DNA of 64,000 nt from an uncultured Alphaproteobacteria bacterium (GCA_944393725.1 CALYBC010000001.1:6928-70927), one strand, 5' to 3'. Numbered from the stretch's first letter, positions 40,401 through 49,043 are shown. The notes: generated by a model not told the origin, from the sequence alone. Numbers and translations are program-made.

Positions 40401-40565
40401 GGCCGTGGCTCCGGGATAGACTGCGGAAATTTGAATTTCGGTAGGAACGATATTGGGATATTGCTCCACCGATAAAACTTTCATCGAAACAAGTCCTGCC
40501 AACAAAATTACCAGTGAGACAACCGTGGCAAATATCGGCCTGTTAATAAAGAATTTGGAAAACAT
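37455..40565 (-). CDS. RND multidrug efflux permease (AcrB/HAE1 family)
   Basis: MFSKFFINRPIFATVVSLVILLAGL N-terminus. 1036 aa with 12-TM architecture and two large periplasmic loops. Confidence 0.9.
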   Translation of the reverse strand: MFSKFFINRPIFATVVSLVILLAGLVSMKVLSVEQYPNIVPTEIQISAVYPGATAEVLADTVAAPIEQELNGVKDMIYMYSTATSSGYLTIGAVFNIGTDPDQATIDVNNKVQMATAKLPSEVTKQGITVEQKSNSILQVVTMRSTSEKYDTVYVSNYALLNVLDEIKRIKGVGSASLFASQDYSMRIWLSPDKLADYGLTPQDVISAIQEQNSQFAAGQFGQQPMGEYQPYTYSVNTKGRLIDAKEFGNIILKSDKDGGLLRLKNVARIELGAQDYSVSSTFNGEEAVAFAVYLQPEANALETARMVKEKMAELSKNFPDGITYEIPYDTTVFVDVSIREVIHTFFEAVVLVIVVVYLFLQNIRATIIPVLAVPVSIIGAFAGMYVLGFSINLLTLFGLILAIGIVVDDAIIVLENVERLMHEKGLSPKDAAIEAMREVSGPVVAVALVLSSVFLPIAFLGGMTGVMYKQFSVTIAVSVLISALVALSLTPSLCALIIKQEHKEPHGFFKWFNTFFDKVTEWYLSGVKFFLYHRKTAMLGFTAVIAAIVMLFKVVPSGLVPNEDLGNLLMAYSMPEASSLPRTEKFTQKVGEMIRANPNVEDVLTVNGYNMLSSSQNTYSAISFITLKNWDERTKPDQSSSYLARLFTAMGMSQPEGIGYAFSMPPIMGMSTSGGFEGFIQNKSGQSSQALMAKTEEFVAAANKRPELSNVRTTFSVSTPQYRIDLDREKARTMNVSINSVYSVMQATFGSLYVNDFTYMGRNFRVTVQSEAKFRRTPDDLRYVYVKSNTGELIPLSALITVERVTGPELINRFNIFPAAKVLGDPAEGYSSGQAIKAMEDVASEVLGSDYSLAWVGSAYQEKLTGGASTQAFVFGLIMIFLILSAQYEKWSLPFVVILSVPFAVLGALLATWLRGTENDLYFQVGLVTLIGLAAKNAILIVEFAVVKVQEGLSYAEAAVEAAKLRFRPIVMTSLAFTFGVLPLAISTGAGAASRHSIGTGMVGGMILSTFVATLFVPMMFAIIGEMFDKKGKSK

Positions 40566-40573
40566 TTCACACC

Positions 40574-41743
40574 CTATTGAGCTTGAGTTGCAGCACTGTT
40601 GTCAGAAGACATTACAACCGGAGTTACAGTCATTCCGGGACGCAATTTTAAAAGTCCGCTGTAGACTACTTTTTCTCCGGCTTTTAAGCCTTCATCAATT
40701 ATCCATTCACCGTTCGGAGTGGTTAATCCGGTTTGAACAGAAACCATTTCGATAACACCTTTATCGTTTACCTTATAAACAAACGAACCATTGGCTCCCT
40801 GCATTACCGATTCTTGCGGAACAACAAGAGCATTTATTCTTACCAACCCTTCCATTATCAAACGAACAAATTGTCCGGGGCGAATCTTACCTTCGGGATT
40901 GGGAAATACCGCACGCAATTTAATGGTGCCGGTTGATTCATCAACGGTAGGATTAATAAAGTTTATTTTTCCTTTTTGGCCATAAATACTACCATCACCC
41001 AATTTTAACTTAGCATAAATATCTTGTCCTCTTTCGGGATTCTTAATAAGACCGCGTTCGGTCATATTGGTTAGAGAGAGTATTTCGCTTTCGGTCGCCG
41101 AGAATATTACATAAATCGGATCAATTTGTGTGATGCTGGTTAACAGACTGGAATCACCGCTGGTAGAAATCAGAGAACCTTCAGACTGGGTCTCGAGGCT
41201 GGTTATACCGCTTATCGGAGCTCTTACCGTGGTATAGTCAAGGTTTAGCTGTGCCGAATCTACCGCCGCTTCCGCTAACTGAACCTCGGCAGCCAGGGCA
41301 TCTTTGGTGGACAAGGCTTCGTCTTTGGTCTTTTCACTGGCGTAACCTTCCTTAAACAGCTTTTCGGTTCTTTTCCATTGGGTTTCGGCACTTTGTAACT
41401 TGGCCTTGGCTTGAGCCAGTTGTGCCTGCGCCTGCTTTAGAGCTACCTTATACGGTGCGGGGTCTATCTCAAACAAAATACTGCCTTCCTCGACCCAAGA
41501 ACCTTCAACATAATTGCGTTTTAACAAAATACCACCGACACGAGCTCTGACTTGTGTCTCTTTGTAGCCTTGCGAGCGAGCCGAAAATTCAAAACTCAAC
41601 GGAATATTTTGTTCTTTTAATTCTATTACCGGAACTTGCGGCAGTGCAGCTTCTTTTGCCGCGGTTGTTGTTTCTTCCTTTTTGCAGGCAGAAACGATTA
41701 ATAACATTCCTAATAAACCTAATGTCTTGTAATTCAAACGCAT
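40574..41743 (-). CDS. RND efflux periplasmic adaptor (AcrA/MFP family lipoprotein)
   Basis: The ATG at 41743 lies 6 nt after GGAG. MRLNYKTLGLLGMLLIVSA|C lipobox. Coiled-coil hairpin (AQAQLAQAKAKLQSAE). 8 nt upstream of the pump gene. Confidence 0.85.
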   Translation of the reverse strand: MRLNYKTLGLLGMLLIVSACKKEETTTAAKEAALPQVPVIELKEQNIPLSFEFSARSQGYKETQVRARVGGILLKRNYVEGSWVEEGSILFEIDPAPYKVALKQAQAQLAQAKAKLQSAETQWKRTEKLFKEGYASEKTKDEALSTKDALAAEVQLAEAAVDSAQLNLDYTTVRAPISGITSLETQSEGSLISTSGDSSLLTSITQIDPIYVIFSATESEILSLTNMTERGLIKNPERGQDIYAKLKLGDGSIYGQKGKINFINPTVDESTGTIKLRAVFPNPEGKIRPGQFVRLIMEGLVRINALVVPQESVMQGANGSFVYKVNDKGVIEMVSVQTGLTTPNGEWIIDEGLKAGEKVVYSGLLKLRPGMTVTPVVMSSDNSAATQAQ

Positions 41744-41921
41744 AGCCATCTCCGTATGTTGATAAACCACTTATAAAAAACTACACCAATGTGTAAAAAA
41801 ATCTACAACCTTTACACTTTTGTTTTTTTTTGTGGATAGTTATACTTGTATATCTTTAGTGTTTACATATACCGATTTTGCAATTATTCTACTCCTCAGA
41901 GATAAAAAGAAAGGAGAAATA

Positions 41922-42416
41922 ATGAAAAAAAATTATACAAATGCCGATGTTAAGGCAATGAGAGAAGCAATTAAACTTTCGGCATCGTCACTTAATCTTG
42001 AAAACATACCCGACGGTGGGCCTTTTGGTGCGGTAATTTACGATAAAGAAGGAAAATTTGTCGCCGGAGGTTATAACCATGTGTTAGCCAATCATGACCC
42101 TTCGGCTCACGGCGAAGTACAAGCCATAAGAGCCGCCGGACAAAAGCTTAAAACCTGGGATTTGTCGGGATGTACGCTTTATACCAGCTGTGAACCCTGC
42201 CCGATGTGTCTGATGACCGCAAAATGGGCCAACATCGAAAAAATATTTTTTGCCGCTAACAGAAAAGATGCTGCCGATATCGGATTTAAGGATGATGACT
42301 TATACGAACTCTTAAAACCGGCGGTATTTGCAACTCCTATTGAAGAATGTCGTGAGGAAGCCGTAGAAATTATGAATAAGTGGCGTGAAAAATTCGGCAG
42401 CGATGGAAGTTATTAA
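41922..42416 (+). CDS. CDA-fold guanine deaminase (Bacillus GuaD-like) / nucleoside deaminase
   Basis: AAAGGAGA SD before the ATG at 41922. GGPFGAVI...DPSAHGEVQAIR (HAE-type zinc site) and YTSCEPCPMCL (PCxxC). Colinear with B. subtilis GuaD as I remember it. Confidence 0.65.
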   Translation: MKKNYTNADVKAMREAIKLSASSLNLENIPDGGPFGAVIYDKEGKFVAGGYNHVLANHDPSAHGEVQAIRAAGQKLKTWDLSGCTLYTSCEPCPMCLMTAKWANIEKIFFAANRKDAADIGFKDDDLYELLKPAVFATPIEECREEAVEIMNKWREKFGSDGSY

Positions 42417-42452
42417 AAAAAAACCGCTTTTTTAATAAAAAAAGCGGTTTTC
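42415..42452. terminator. Bidirectional rho-independent terminator
   Basis: aaaaccgcttttt / aaaaagcggtttt stem around loop taat, between two convergent genes. Confidence 0.75.
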
Positions 42453-42468
42453 TTATATTACCAATATC

Positions 42469-42981
42469 CTAATATTCAATATCCGGATATTTTTCTTTCA
42501 TATAGGCATCGACCATAAAGTCTATACCGCTTGCAAACAGCATTTCCCAACAAACATCGCTAAATCCGTATTCTTGTTGTAATAGTCCACGCAAGAATTT
42601 GTCGGGAAGATTTCCTTTAATGGTTTCTTTAATTATCAGCTTATCCATATCTTCCGAAAAGAAAGAAAGCGATCTCTGATAATTATAGAGTATATCTAAC
42701 GGCAAATTACCTAAAGCAACCTGACTTAGAATCAGATATTCTAAAGTATGAGAAAAATTCCAGCCGTTCTCTATCAGTTGAAATAAAATATCGGCCGTAT
42801 ATTCACCGTTGACAACCTTAAGTACTGCTTCTTCGACAGAATGCTGATTTATAGATTTGTTTGCTATCATCACCTTGAAATCAATCTCTTCACATGATTT
42901 CCTTTTTTTGGTTTTGTGCTCTTCAACCTCTGCTATTTTTTTATTTAACAAGGTCATCTTCTCTGTTGTTAGCTTTTGCAT
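42469..42981 (-). CDS. Orphan cytoplasmic protein, unknown function (170 aa)
   Basis: Long ORF with no signal peptide or TM and no motif I recognise. Monocistronic, bracketed by terminators. Confidence 0.5.
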   Translation of the reverse strand: MQKLTTEKMTLLNKKIAEVEEHKTKKRKSCEEIDFKVMIANKSINQHSVEEAVLKVVNGEYTADILFQLIENGWNFSHTLEYLILSQVALGNLPLDILYNYQRSLSFFSEDMDKLIIKETIKGNLPDKFLRGLLQQEYGFSDVCWEMLFASGIDFMVDAYMKEKYPDIEY

Positions 42982-43060
42982 AATAAAAATTATTTTAATT
43001 GTTAAACATAATTATTTGTTTTGATTTGCTTATTATAATTTAATTCTCTTTTTTTACAAC

Positions 43061-43092
43061 AAAAAAAGAGGCGCAAACTGCACCTCTTTTTT
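43061..43092. terminator. Rho-independent terminator after rpsI
   Basis: aagaggcgca / tgcacctctt stem (one mismatch) flanked by A- and T-runs. Lies 21 nt past the rpsI stop. Confidence 0.65.
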
Positions 43093-43112
43093 GAAATTCG
43101 GTAAAAAACCGA

Positions 43113-43592
43113 TTATCTCTTTGAGAACTGGTAAGAACGACGAGCTTTAGCACGACCATATTTCTTACGTTCTACAATTCTGTCATCGCGGGTCAAGAAT
43201 CCGGCTTTCTTCAAGCAATCACGCAATTCCGGCTCATATTCATTCAAAGCCTTGGAAATACCGTGTTTGATAGCACCGGCCTGACCAGATAATCCACCGC
43301 CTTTTACAGTGCAAACAACATCAAATTCGTTTACACGATTAGCTACTTCAAACGGCTGATTAATAATCATTTTCAATACCGGACGAGCAAAATATTGATC
43401 AATCGATTTGTCATTGATGGTGATATTGCCCTTACCGGCTTTAATCCATACTCTGGCTACAGCGTCTTTTCTTTTACCGGTGGCATAAGAACGACCCTGT
43501 TTATCTTTTTTGGATTTGCGTACAACAGACTCAGCAGCTTCAACTTTGGCTGCCTTCTTTATATCTTGCAAAGATTCTAATTTCTCAGCCAT
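43113..43592 (-). CDS. rpsI: 30S ribosomal protein S9
   Basis: C-terminal [19 protein letters not shown]...[25 protein letters not shown]. Confidence 0.97.
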   Translation of the reverse strand: MAEKLESLQDIKKAAKVEAAESVVRKSKKDKQGRSYATGKRKDAVARVWIKAGKGNITINDKSIDQYFARPVLKMIINQPFEVANRVNEFDVVCTVKGGGLSGQAGAIKHGISKALNEYEPELRDCLKKAGFLTRDDRIVERKKYGRAKARRSYQFSKR

Positions 43593-43594
43593 AA

Positions 43595-44059
43595 TTATCT
43601 GCTCCTTTTATTCTTGGGGTTCTTAGAGGCAATATCCAAAACTTCGGGATTCTGTGCCGTGTGCGGATGAGAAGCTCCGGAATATACCTTCAATTTGGTC
43701 ATTTGTTGACGACCCATCGGATTGCGAGAAATCATGCGTTCTACGGCTTTGATAATAACTCTCTCCGGAAAACGGCCGTTCAATACTTTCTCGGCTGTGG
43801 TTTCTTTGATTCCGCCAATCCAGCCGGTGTGTTTGAAATATTTCTTAGCTGTGAGCTTGTTGCCTGTCAGCTTTACTTTGTCGGCATTGATAACTACTAC
43901 ATAGTCGCCGCAGTCAATGTTGGGAACAAAGTTAACTTTGTGCTTACCGCGCAAAATCTTAGCGATTTCGGCAGACAAACGACCCAAAACTACTCCTTCT
44001 GCGTCAACAACATACCATTTTCTTTCAATGTCAGACGGTTTAGTTGCGTATGTGTTCAT
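43595..44059 (-). CDS. rplM: 50S ribosomal protein L13
   Basis: [28 protein letters not shown]. Canonical rplM-rpsI pair. Confidence 0.97.
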   Translation of the reverse strand: MNTYATKPSDIERKWYVVDAEGVVLGRLSAEIAKILRGKHKVNFVPNIDCGDYVVVINADKVKLTGNKLTAKKYFKHTGWIGGIKETTAEKVLNGRFPERVIIKAVERMISRNPMGRQQMTKLKVYSGASHPHTAQNPEVLDIASKNPKNKRSR

Positions 44060-44098
44060 CTATTTTCTCTCTTTGGTTAGATGTTTAATGTCGGGTTG

Positions 44099-44126
44099 AA
44101 TATACAAGAAAAGTTTTTGTTGTCAA
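44099..44126 (-). promoter_or_regulatory. Sigma70-type promoter of rplM-rpsI
   Basis: Minus strand reads TTGACA-N16-TATATT. The -10 ends about 40 nt upstream of the rplM ATG. Confidence 0.6.
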
Positions 44127-44151
44127 TAAAAAAATTTTATTATTTTTCAAA

Positions 44152-44189
44152 ATATTAGCCGACGGTATTATTTTACCATCGGCTAATAT
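44152..44189. terminator. Long hairpin downstream of the 44211..44675 lipoprotein gene (probable terminator)
   Basis: atattagccgacggta / taccatcggctaatat, a 16-bp stem with one mismatch. The T-run is stronger on the + side than on the - side. Confidence 0.4.
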
Positions 44190-44210
44190 CTTGTTTTTGC
44201 ATATTTTTGG

Positions 44211-44675
44211 CTAATCGTAGTAGTCAGGCTTGCCAAAAGGATGGAATAATTGCGGCTGTCTGACCCTGTATAAATTGATATTGGTTATCTCCGGGATGTC
44301 ATGCGTACGATACCAATACCCTTTTCTTTTCATGCAATCACGATACTCTATCGGGTCCATATCTTTGTCATCATAACGAGAATTTACTATTAAAGGCTGA
44401 GCTCCGGGGTAAGGAACATAAGTTGCCCAAATACCGCGGTTTGCATTCCAATCGGCTCTGGCATTTATTTTGGTTTCTTCGGTATAAAACCACGAACGAT
44501 AATCTGGGAAAAACTCAATTGCTTTGGCAGATAGCAAACACTCACCGTGGTCTTTGGCGAATCGTTCTACTCCGGTATGCAATCTTTCCCAGTGATAAAC
44601 CACCTGCCCGCTGCCTCCTCCGAAATAGGCACATGAACTAAGAAATAAACTCAAAAACAATATGTGTTTTTTCAT
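44211..44675 (-). CDS. Lipoprotein, unknown function (154 aa)
   Basis: MKKHILFLSLFLSS|C lipobox. Trp/Tyr-rich mature part. Confidence 0.55.
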   Translation of the reverse strand: MKKHILFLSLFLSSCAYFGGGSGQVVYHWERLHTGVERFAKDHGECLLSAKAIEFFPDYRSWFYTEETKINARADWNANRGIWATYVPYPGAQPLIVNSRYDDKDMDPIEYRDCMKRKGYWYRTHDIPEITNINLYRVRQPQLFHPFGKPDYYD

Positions 44676-44676
44676 A

Positions 44677-45342
44677 CTAAAAATCCAAATTGGTGTAGTT
44701 GCGGGATGGCAAGATGCCTCTTATGGTATCTTTAAGTAAATCCTTAAACGACGGACGAGATTTTATGCGAGAATACCATAGTTTGGTGGAGGAAAACTCA
44801 TCCCACGGGACATCCCCGAGATAGTCTATTATTGACAAATGTGCCGCCGCCGTTAAATCAGCCAATGTCAATTCATCTCCTACTATGCAAGGATGACTAT
44901 CCAAAAGCCACTCTATATATTCAAGGTGATAACCAAGATTGTTCAACCCAATCTTTAATATTTTAGAATCGGGAGCAAGTCCTTGGGAAAATCTTTTGTG
45001 GACTTTTTCCATAACTATGTTGCGATAGACCTCACGATAAAACTTATTATCAAACCAGTCAATCATGCGTCTTATTTTAGCCTTTTGCTTGGGAGTGCCA
45101 TATATGAGAGGAACCTCACTTGATATCTCTTCCAAATATTCCGATATTGCATAGTGGCCGGGGATTACATCGCCGTCATTTAAAAATATCGGCAACTCTC
45201 CGGCCGGATTAAGTTTGTATAAATCAGCCGACAAATGCCACGGCTCTTCCTCTTTTAAGATGAAGAGCATTTTCTTTTCGCTCATTTGCAATCTTATTTT
45301 ACGAGCAAACGGCGATGTCGTGTGATGAATCAATAAAACCAT
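44677..45342 (-). CDS. Glutathione S-transferase family protein
   Basis: Thioredoxin-like N-domain (SPFARKIRL...LNPAGELPIFL..ISEYLEE) plus a helical C-domain. Confidence 0.7.
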   Translation of the reverse strand: MVLLIHHTTSPFARKIRLQMSEKKMLFILKEEEPWHLSADLYKLNPAGELPIFLNDGDVIPGHYAISEYLEEISSEVPLIYGTPKQKAKIRRMIDWFDNKFYREVYRNIVMEKVHKRFSQGLAPDSKILKIGLNNLGYHLEYIEWLLDSHPCIVGDELTLADLTAAAHLSIIDYLGDVPWDEFSSTKLWYSRIKSRPSFKDLLKDTIRGILPSRNYTNLDF

Positions 45343-45366
45343 AGCAAGCAGAATATATCTGTTCTT

Positions 45367-46287
45367 TTATTTATCGTCAAGTTTCTTATCGTTGTTTTCC
45401 GCCGCAGCATTATTTTTGCCAGCCTCTTTGCTCTCAACGCCAAAATCAGGCGGCACAACTCCGGAATATTTAACCTGAAAATCATTTATAATTTGCTGCA
45501 GGTTTTGCTGAAGTATGTTAAGATTGTTTTTGTCGTTTAGGTATCTGGTCAGGTACCTTGATATCATATCGCGATGCCTTGAAGTCTTTGATACTCCGAC
45601 AAACATCGGTATATTCCAAATCGTCTGTTTGGCCGGAGAAACTTGATATTGGATTCCCATCTTTATGGCTTCAAGCATTCCGTAATAATAGCTGGTGATG
45701 GCATAATCGGCTTCGCGTGTAAAGAGCTTTTGAAACATCTCATATGAACTGTTAACTTCTATAGGATTTAATTCTGCAACTTTTTTATCCACAAAGTCGC
45801 TGAATAACTCGTTGGTGTTTCTAACTCCTTTGAATTTTTTCAAATCATCGGTTGACTTTATATCATTTATTCTATCAGGTAACATAAATACGGTTATCGG
45901 ATTATATAAAGCGGCAGGATATATTAAATGCAACCCTCTGAACATCTCGGTTTGATAATATGCTCCAACCAAAAAATCTATATCACCTTGCCTGACTTTT
46001 TGTGCCAAATCGTCAAACGTTTTTTGCTGAACATCGTATTGTAATTTCAAGTTGGCTTCTTTGACAAAGGTATCAAGCATTGGTTGGAACACCGTATGAA
46101 ATTCTCCGTATACTATACCGCCGGGATTATCCACATAACCAAACGGAGCATAGTCTATGTAACCGGTCATCTTTAATTCGGTAACTTTTTTGGGATTCTT
46201 CTCTTCATAGCGGACAAAAGCTTTGCTTTCATAAGAAATTATTGTCAGTGCCGCCAAAACAAAAATTGTGAGCAGTCTTTTTTTCAT
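45367..46287 (-). CDS. Periplasmic solute-binding protein, family 3 (amino-acid-type SBP), orphan of permease genes
   Basis: Signal peptide. YAPFGY..., IDFLVGAYY and ADYAITSYY motifs typical of SBP_bac_3. Confidence 0.65.
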   Translation of the reverse strand: MKKRLLTIFVLAALTIISYESKAFVRYEEKNPKKVTELKMTGYIDYAPFGYVDNPGGIVYGEFHTVFQPMLDTFVKEANLKLQYDVQQKTFDDLAQKVRQGDIDFLVGAYYQTEMFRGLHLIYPAALYNPITVFMLPDRINDIKSTDDLKKFKGVRNTNELFSDFVDKKVAELNPIEVNSSYEMFQKLFTREADYAITSYYYGMLEAIKMGIQYQVSPAKQTIWNIPMFVGVSKTSRHRDMISRYLTRYLNDKNNLNILQQNLQQIINDFQVKYSGVVPPDFGVESKEAGKNNAAAENNDKKLDDK

Positions 46288-46383
46288 AGTTGCTTTTATC
46301 TCCGTAGTTATCTATATTGTCCTCAAGTTTATTACGATTATCTAAATTTAGAGTTAAAATTTTATTGCAAGGAAACTTTAATT

Positions 46384-46749
46384 ATGGACAGTATTGGCGG
46401 TTATAACAAAGCTGAAATTGCCGGAATGAGCGAAGCAGAACTGGAATCACGTGCTCTGATTAAGGCGGCATCGGCTCTGAATCGCGTGAAAGAAAACTGG
46501 GATAGTGCCAAAGAAGAGTTACAGCCGGCTTTGGACAAGAATCGCAGACTTTGGAGTATTTTGGCTTCTGCCATGCAGGAAAATGATTGTCCGCAACCTA
46601 AAGAGGTTAAGCAAAATATTCTTAATTTGGCTTCTTTCATATTCAAAAGAACAATAGAGATAACCGCAAAACCTGAACCGGAAAAGCTAAATATCCTAAT
46701 TGATATTAATATGAATATTGCCAAGGGATTGTCCGGTAAGGCCGATTAA
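46384..46749 (+). CDS. flaF: Flagellar biosynthesis regulator FlaF
   Basis: 121 aa. ELESRALIKAASALNRVKENWD...NRRLWSIL...NILNLASFIFKRT fits the FlaF family pattern. Confidence 0.7.
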   Translation: MDSIGGYNKAEIAGMSEAELESRALIKAASALNRVKENWDSAKEELQPALDKNRRLWSILASAMQENDCPQPKEVKQNILNLASFIFKRTIEITAKPEPEKLNILIDINMNIAKGLSGKAD

Positions 46750-46805
46750 TTTTTATCATCTTTGGGAATAATAAAAAATTTTTTTGTTTTTTTGCAAAAA
46801 ATATG

Positions 46806-46834
46806 TTGACTATAAAAAATAAATAGATTATCTA
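46806..46834 (+). promoter_or_regulatory. Putative sigma70 promoter of tRNA-Leu
   Basis: TTGACT-N17-TATCTA, ending about 14 nt before the tRNA 5' end. Confidence 0.45.
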
Positions 46835-46848
46835 TGCACTCATTCCAC

Positions 46849-46934
46849 GGGGGTGTGGCGGAACTGGTAGACGCGCTAGACTCAAAATCTTGTTGCCTCA
46901 GGCAGTGGGAGTTCAAGTCTCCCCACCCCTACCA
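46849..46934 (+). tRNA. tRNA-Leu (anticodon CAA), class II with long variable arm, CCA encoded
   Basis: Hand-folded as GGGGGTG/TG/GCGG-AACTGGTAG-ACGC/G/CTAGA-CTCAAAA-TCTTG/long variable arm/GGGAG-TTCAAGT-CTCCC/CACCCCT-A-CCA. One U-U mismatch in the anticodon stem. Confidence 0.9.
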
Positions 46935-46936
46935 AT

Positions 46937-46969
46937 AAAAAACTCGCAAGTTTTACTTGCGAGTTTTTT
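46937..46969 (+). terminator. Rho-independent terminator after tRNA-Leu
   Basis: ctcgcaagt / acttgcgag stem followed by TTTTTT. Confidence 0.8.
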
Positions 46970-46981
46970 GTGTCAAAATTT

Positions 46982-47176
46982 CTATTTTTTTAGAGGCTTT
47001 TTGTGCCTTAAAAAAGAAACAAGACTACCTGCCGCGGGAGCAAATACTCCGGAAACAGACATAATAATTCCTGCATTTTGTACAGTGTTACTAAAAAAAC
47101 AAAAGCTGTTTATCAGCATGACGGCTATACCAGAAATAACCAGTACGCCGGCAATCATAATTGATAGGTTCTCCAT
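46982..47176 (-). CDS. Candidate small two-TM membrane protein (64 aa)
   Basis: The ATG at 47176 gives MENLSIMIAGVLVISGIAVMLINSF...GIIMSVSGVFAPAAGSLVSF..KKPLKK. Support comes from hydrophobicity only. Confidence 0.3.
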   Translation of the reverse strand: MENLSIMIAGVLVISGIAVMLINSFCFFSNTVQNAGIIMSVSGVFAPAAGSLVSFLRHKKPLKK

Positions 47177-47353
47177 AATATATAATAATTTAATAGTTTT
47201 ACAAAAGCTTTCGGCTTCTACCACACTTTTTACATATTTTGCAAGTTTTTTTTAATTTGTACCCCAACTTTGGATAACTTGTTAAAAAAAAGTTTATTTT
47301 TTCAAAAAAAATGTTATAACCGATAAACAGGATTAATTGAGATTGATGACCTT

Positions 47354-48583
47354 ATGAAATATAAGAAAAAAATAAAGTTTAAAAATACATATGCTCCGCA
47401 CTATACGGAAAAGAAACCTTTTTTCTCCGAAAAAGAGGTCATCTTTCGTAGTGCCGGCAAGGCTATGGTGCTTAAGATTTCATCAAAATTGCAATTGTTT
47501 ATTTTATCTGCTCTTGTTTTAATCACGGCTTGGTCCGCCTATTCTTATTACTTATATAATAAATCAGGAAGAATCATCCTTAACAAGGACATGGAATTGG
47601 TTGAAACCAGAGATGCTTATGTCGATTTGATGAGTGACTTCGTCGCCATTCAAAAAAATGTGGATGAGGTGCTCAATTCTTTGAACGATAATGACAGCAA
47701 AAAAATCGATAAATACAAAAAACAAGCGATGATCGTTGAGGATAAAATAAAACAAATTACGGCAGAAAAAGATTGGGCTGACGGAAAAACAATATCGGAC
47801 AAGGCAAACATAAATGAAGTTATACTGCAAAGAGACTTAGCTGCTGCCGAACGCGATGCTCTTAAAGAACAGTTACAACAACTCGAGGTGGCTGTCCAAA
47901 ATATTAAAAAAGCCGAATTGGAAGTTTTTAAGAAGGTAGAATCTATTGCTTCAAACGAAATCGGTAAGATTAAGAGTGCTTTTTCAAAGGTAAACGGTTC
48001 TCTAAAGCAGCAAGGCCTATATTTTAACCCTTTAGCAAATTCTAAAAAACGCGATTCCAAAGGTGGTACTTTTATCCCCGATTCAGTCATGGATTTGCAA
48101 GATGAGGTAATGAAAGAAAAAATAAGTGATATTTTCAAAGCAACCGATGACTTGGAATATTATCGCGAAGTCGCTAAATATGTTCCTATCGGAAAGCCGG
48201 TTTGGAGCTATTGGGTCAGCTCCAGATTCGGTATAAGAACCGACCCTTTTAATAAGAGCTCGGCTAGACATAAAGGAATCGATTTAGCTTCAAGACAAGG
48301 CAATAAAATTAAAGTTATGGCCAAGGGAAAGGTGATAAAGGTAAATCATTCCAACAAAGGTTACGGAAATTTGGTTGTGGTAGACCACGGAAACGGTTTT
48401 GTTACTAAATATGCACATATGCATAAAATTTATGTAAAAAACGGTGATTATTTGGAGATTAACGATGTCGTCGGCGAGGTCGGCAACACCGGACGATCTA
48501 CCGGACCACATCTCCATTACGAAATACTGTACAGAGGAAAACCTGTTGATCCTCTGCCCTTTATGCAGGCTAAAATTTCTTAA
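47354..48583 (+). CDS. Bitopic M23 (LytM-type) peptidase with cytoplasmic tail, TM and coiled coil (LmdC-like)
   Basis: TM LQLFILSALVLITAWSAYSYYLY. Long coiled coil. C-terminal HKGIDLAS...GNTGRSTGPHLHYEI M23 motifs. Lies 22 nt upstream of a bactofilin gene. Confidence 0.8.
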   Translation: MKYKKKIKFKNTYAPHYTEKKPFFSEKEVIFRSAGKAMVLKISSKLQLFILSALVLITAWSAYSYYLYNKSGRIILNKDMELVETRDAYVDLMSDFVAIQKNVDEVLNSLNDNDSKKIDKYKKQAMIVEDKIKQITAEKDWADGKTISDKANINEVILQRDLAAAERDALKEQLQQLEVAVQNIKKAELEVFKKVESIASNEIGKIKSAFSKVNGSLKQQGLYFNPLANSKKRDSKGGTFIPDSVMDLQDEVMKEKISDIFKATDDLEYYREVAKYVPIGKPVWSYWVSSRFGIRTDPFNKSSARHKGIDLASRQGNKIKVMAKGKVIKVNHSNKGYGNLVVVDHGNGFVTKYAHMHKIYVKNGDYLEINDVVGEVGNTGRSTGPHLHYEILYRGKPVDPLPFMQAKIS

Positions 48584-48605
48584 GATTTAATAAGGGGGAA
48601 TAATC

Positions 48606-49043
48606 ATGAAAAAGCTAAAAAGACTTATATATCTTAAACTGGCAAGAAGACTTAGCAAAAGCACAACCGGTGCTCCGGTGCCGACAATAGTCAGTGAAAA
48701 TACTAAAATTACCGGCGATATTATGAGTGACGGAATAATTCATGTTGACGGGGCGGTTGAAGGTGATATCTCTTGTGATGAGCTCATTATCGGTGTTAAA
48801 GGCAGTGTCGTCGGAGCGGTAACAGCAAACTCCTTACAGTTGTATGGCGCCTTGAAAGGAAAAGCTGTTACTGATAATTTGTTTGTTGCAAAATCGGCAA
48901 AGCTACTCGGAGACGCTATACACAACACCATTGCCATCGAACCAGGTGCTTACATAGACGGACACTGCATCCGCCAAGGCGGACCGATTCCGGCAGAAGC
49001 AGCAAAGCCTGATTTGATGTTGGTCGATAAATCTAAAAAATAA
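48606..49043 (+). CDS. Bactofilin (DUF583 beta-helical cytoskeletal protein)
   Basis: ITGDIMSDGIIHVDGAVEGDISCDELIIGVKGSVVGAVTANSLQLYGALKGKAV, the repetitive beta-helix pattern of bactofilins, plus a basic N-terminal membrane-targeting-like tail. Confidence 0.85.
   Translation: MKKLKRLIYLKLARRLSKSTTGAPVPTIVSENTKITGDIMSDGIIHVDGAVEGDISCDELIIGVKGSVVGAVTANSLQLYGALKGKAVTDNLFVAKSAKLLGDAIHNTIAIEPGAYIDGHCIRQGGPIPAEAAKPDLMLVDKSKK

Noticed and set aside
46890-47255. 121-aa plus-strand ORF starting inside tRNA-Leu
   Set aside because: It begins within the tRNA and reads through its terminator. It has no RBS and is better explained by the tRNA plus a small opposite-strand membrane ORF.
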